DNA of 64,000 nucleotides from a virus (Duplodnaviria; Caudoviricetes): IMG/VR virus record IMGVR_UViG_3300034012_000625, positions 1,259 to 65,258 of that record; one strand, 5' to 3'. Shown piece by piece: positions 63,936 to 64,000 of this stretch (position 1 is its first letter; each line of letters starts with the position of its first letter). The notes under the pieces were generated by a model. It saw only the letters and a program-made list of their open reading frames with translations, ran no database searches and was not told where the DNA came from. The position numbers and the translations under genes were made by a program.

Positions 63936-64000
63936 CGAATTGTCCTCTCAAGCGAGTTCGGTATGGCAATCTGCTTGACGTCAGCCGGGACTGTTTGCCA

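Noticed and set aside
1-64000. Stop-codon reassignment
   Set aside because: Core genes (portal, TerL, helicase, gmd) are full length in the standard code, and all three stop codons are used.

Overview
The window is an almost complete (~64-65 kb, circularly permuted) genome of a tailed dsDNA phage with podovirus-like architecture, probably infecting a Proteobacterium. Only the 3' end of the major capsid gene is missing between the two window ends. Modules in order: (1) head and packaging genes on the minus strand (MCP, scaffold, GroES-like, portal, TerL, TerS; 1-8380); (2) a plus-strand cassette-like array of small early genes joined by repeated stop-RBS-start junctions (8.6-11.1 kb); (3) a minus-strand replication/modification operon with primase, SF2 helicase, a C5-methyltransferase carrying an overprinted beta-subunit-like gene, a ParB-like protein and a GT23-like fucosyltransferase; (4) a divergent control region rich in structured non-coding elements (17.7-18.8 kb); (5) a plus-strand recombination module with a hidden secreted 8-Cys peptide, followed by a ~10 kb sugar biosynthesis and glycosyltransferase island (Gmd, Fcl, GT10, GT2-like x3, RfbH, YerE-like, YerF-like); (6) minus-strand virion, ejection, tail and lysis genes, including a 2037-aa polyvalent protein, a DDxxD prenyltransferase-like protein, Gly-rich fibres and many proteins sharing an 'xAxGG' motif. 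I saw no DNA polymerase, integrase, tRNA or CRISPR array. All family names come from motif recognition by eye, not from database searches.
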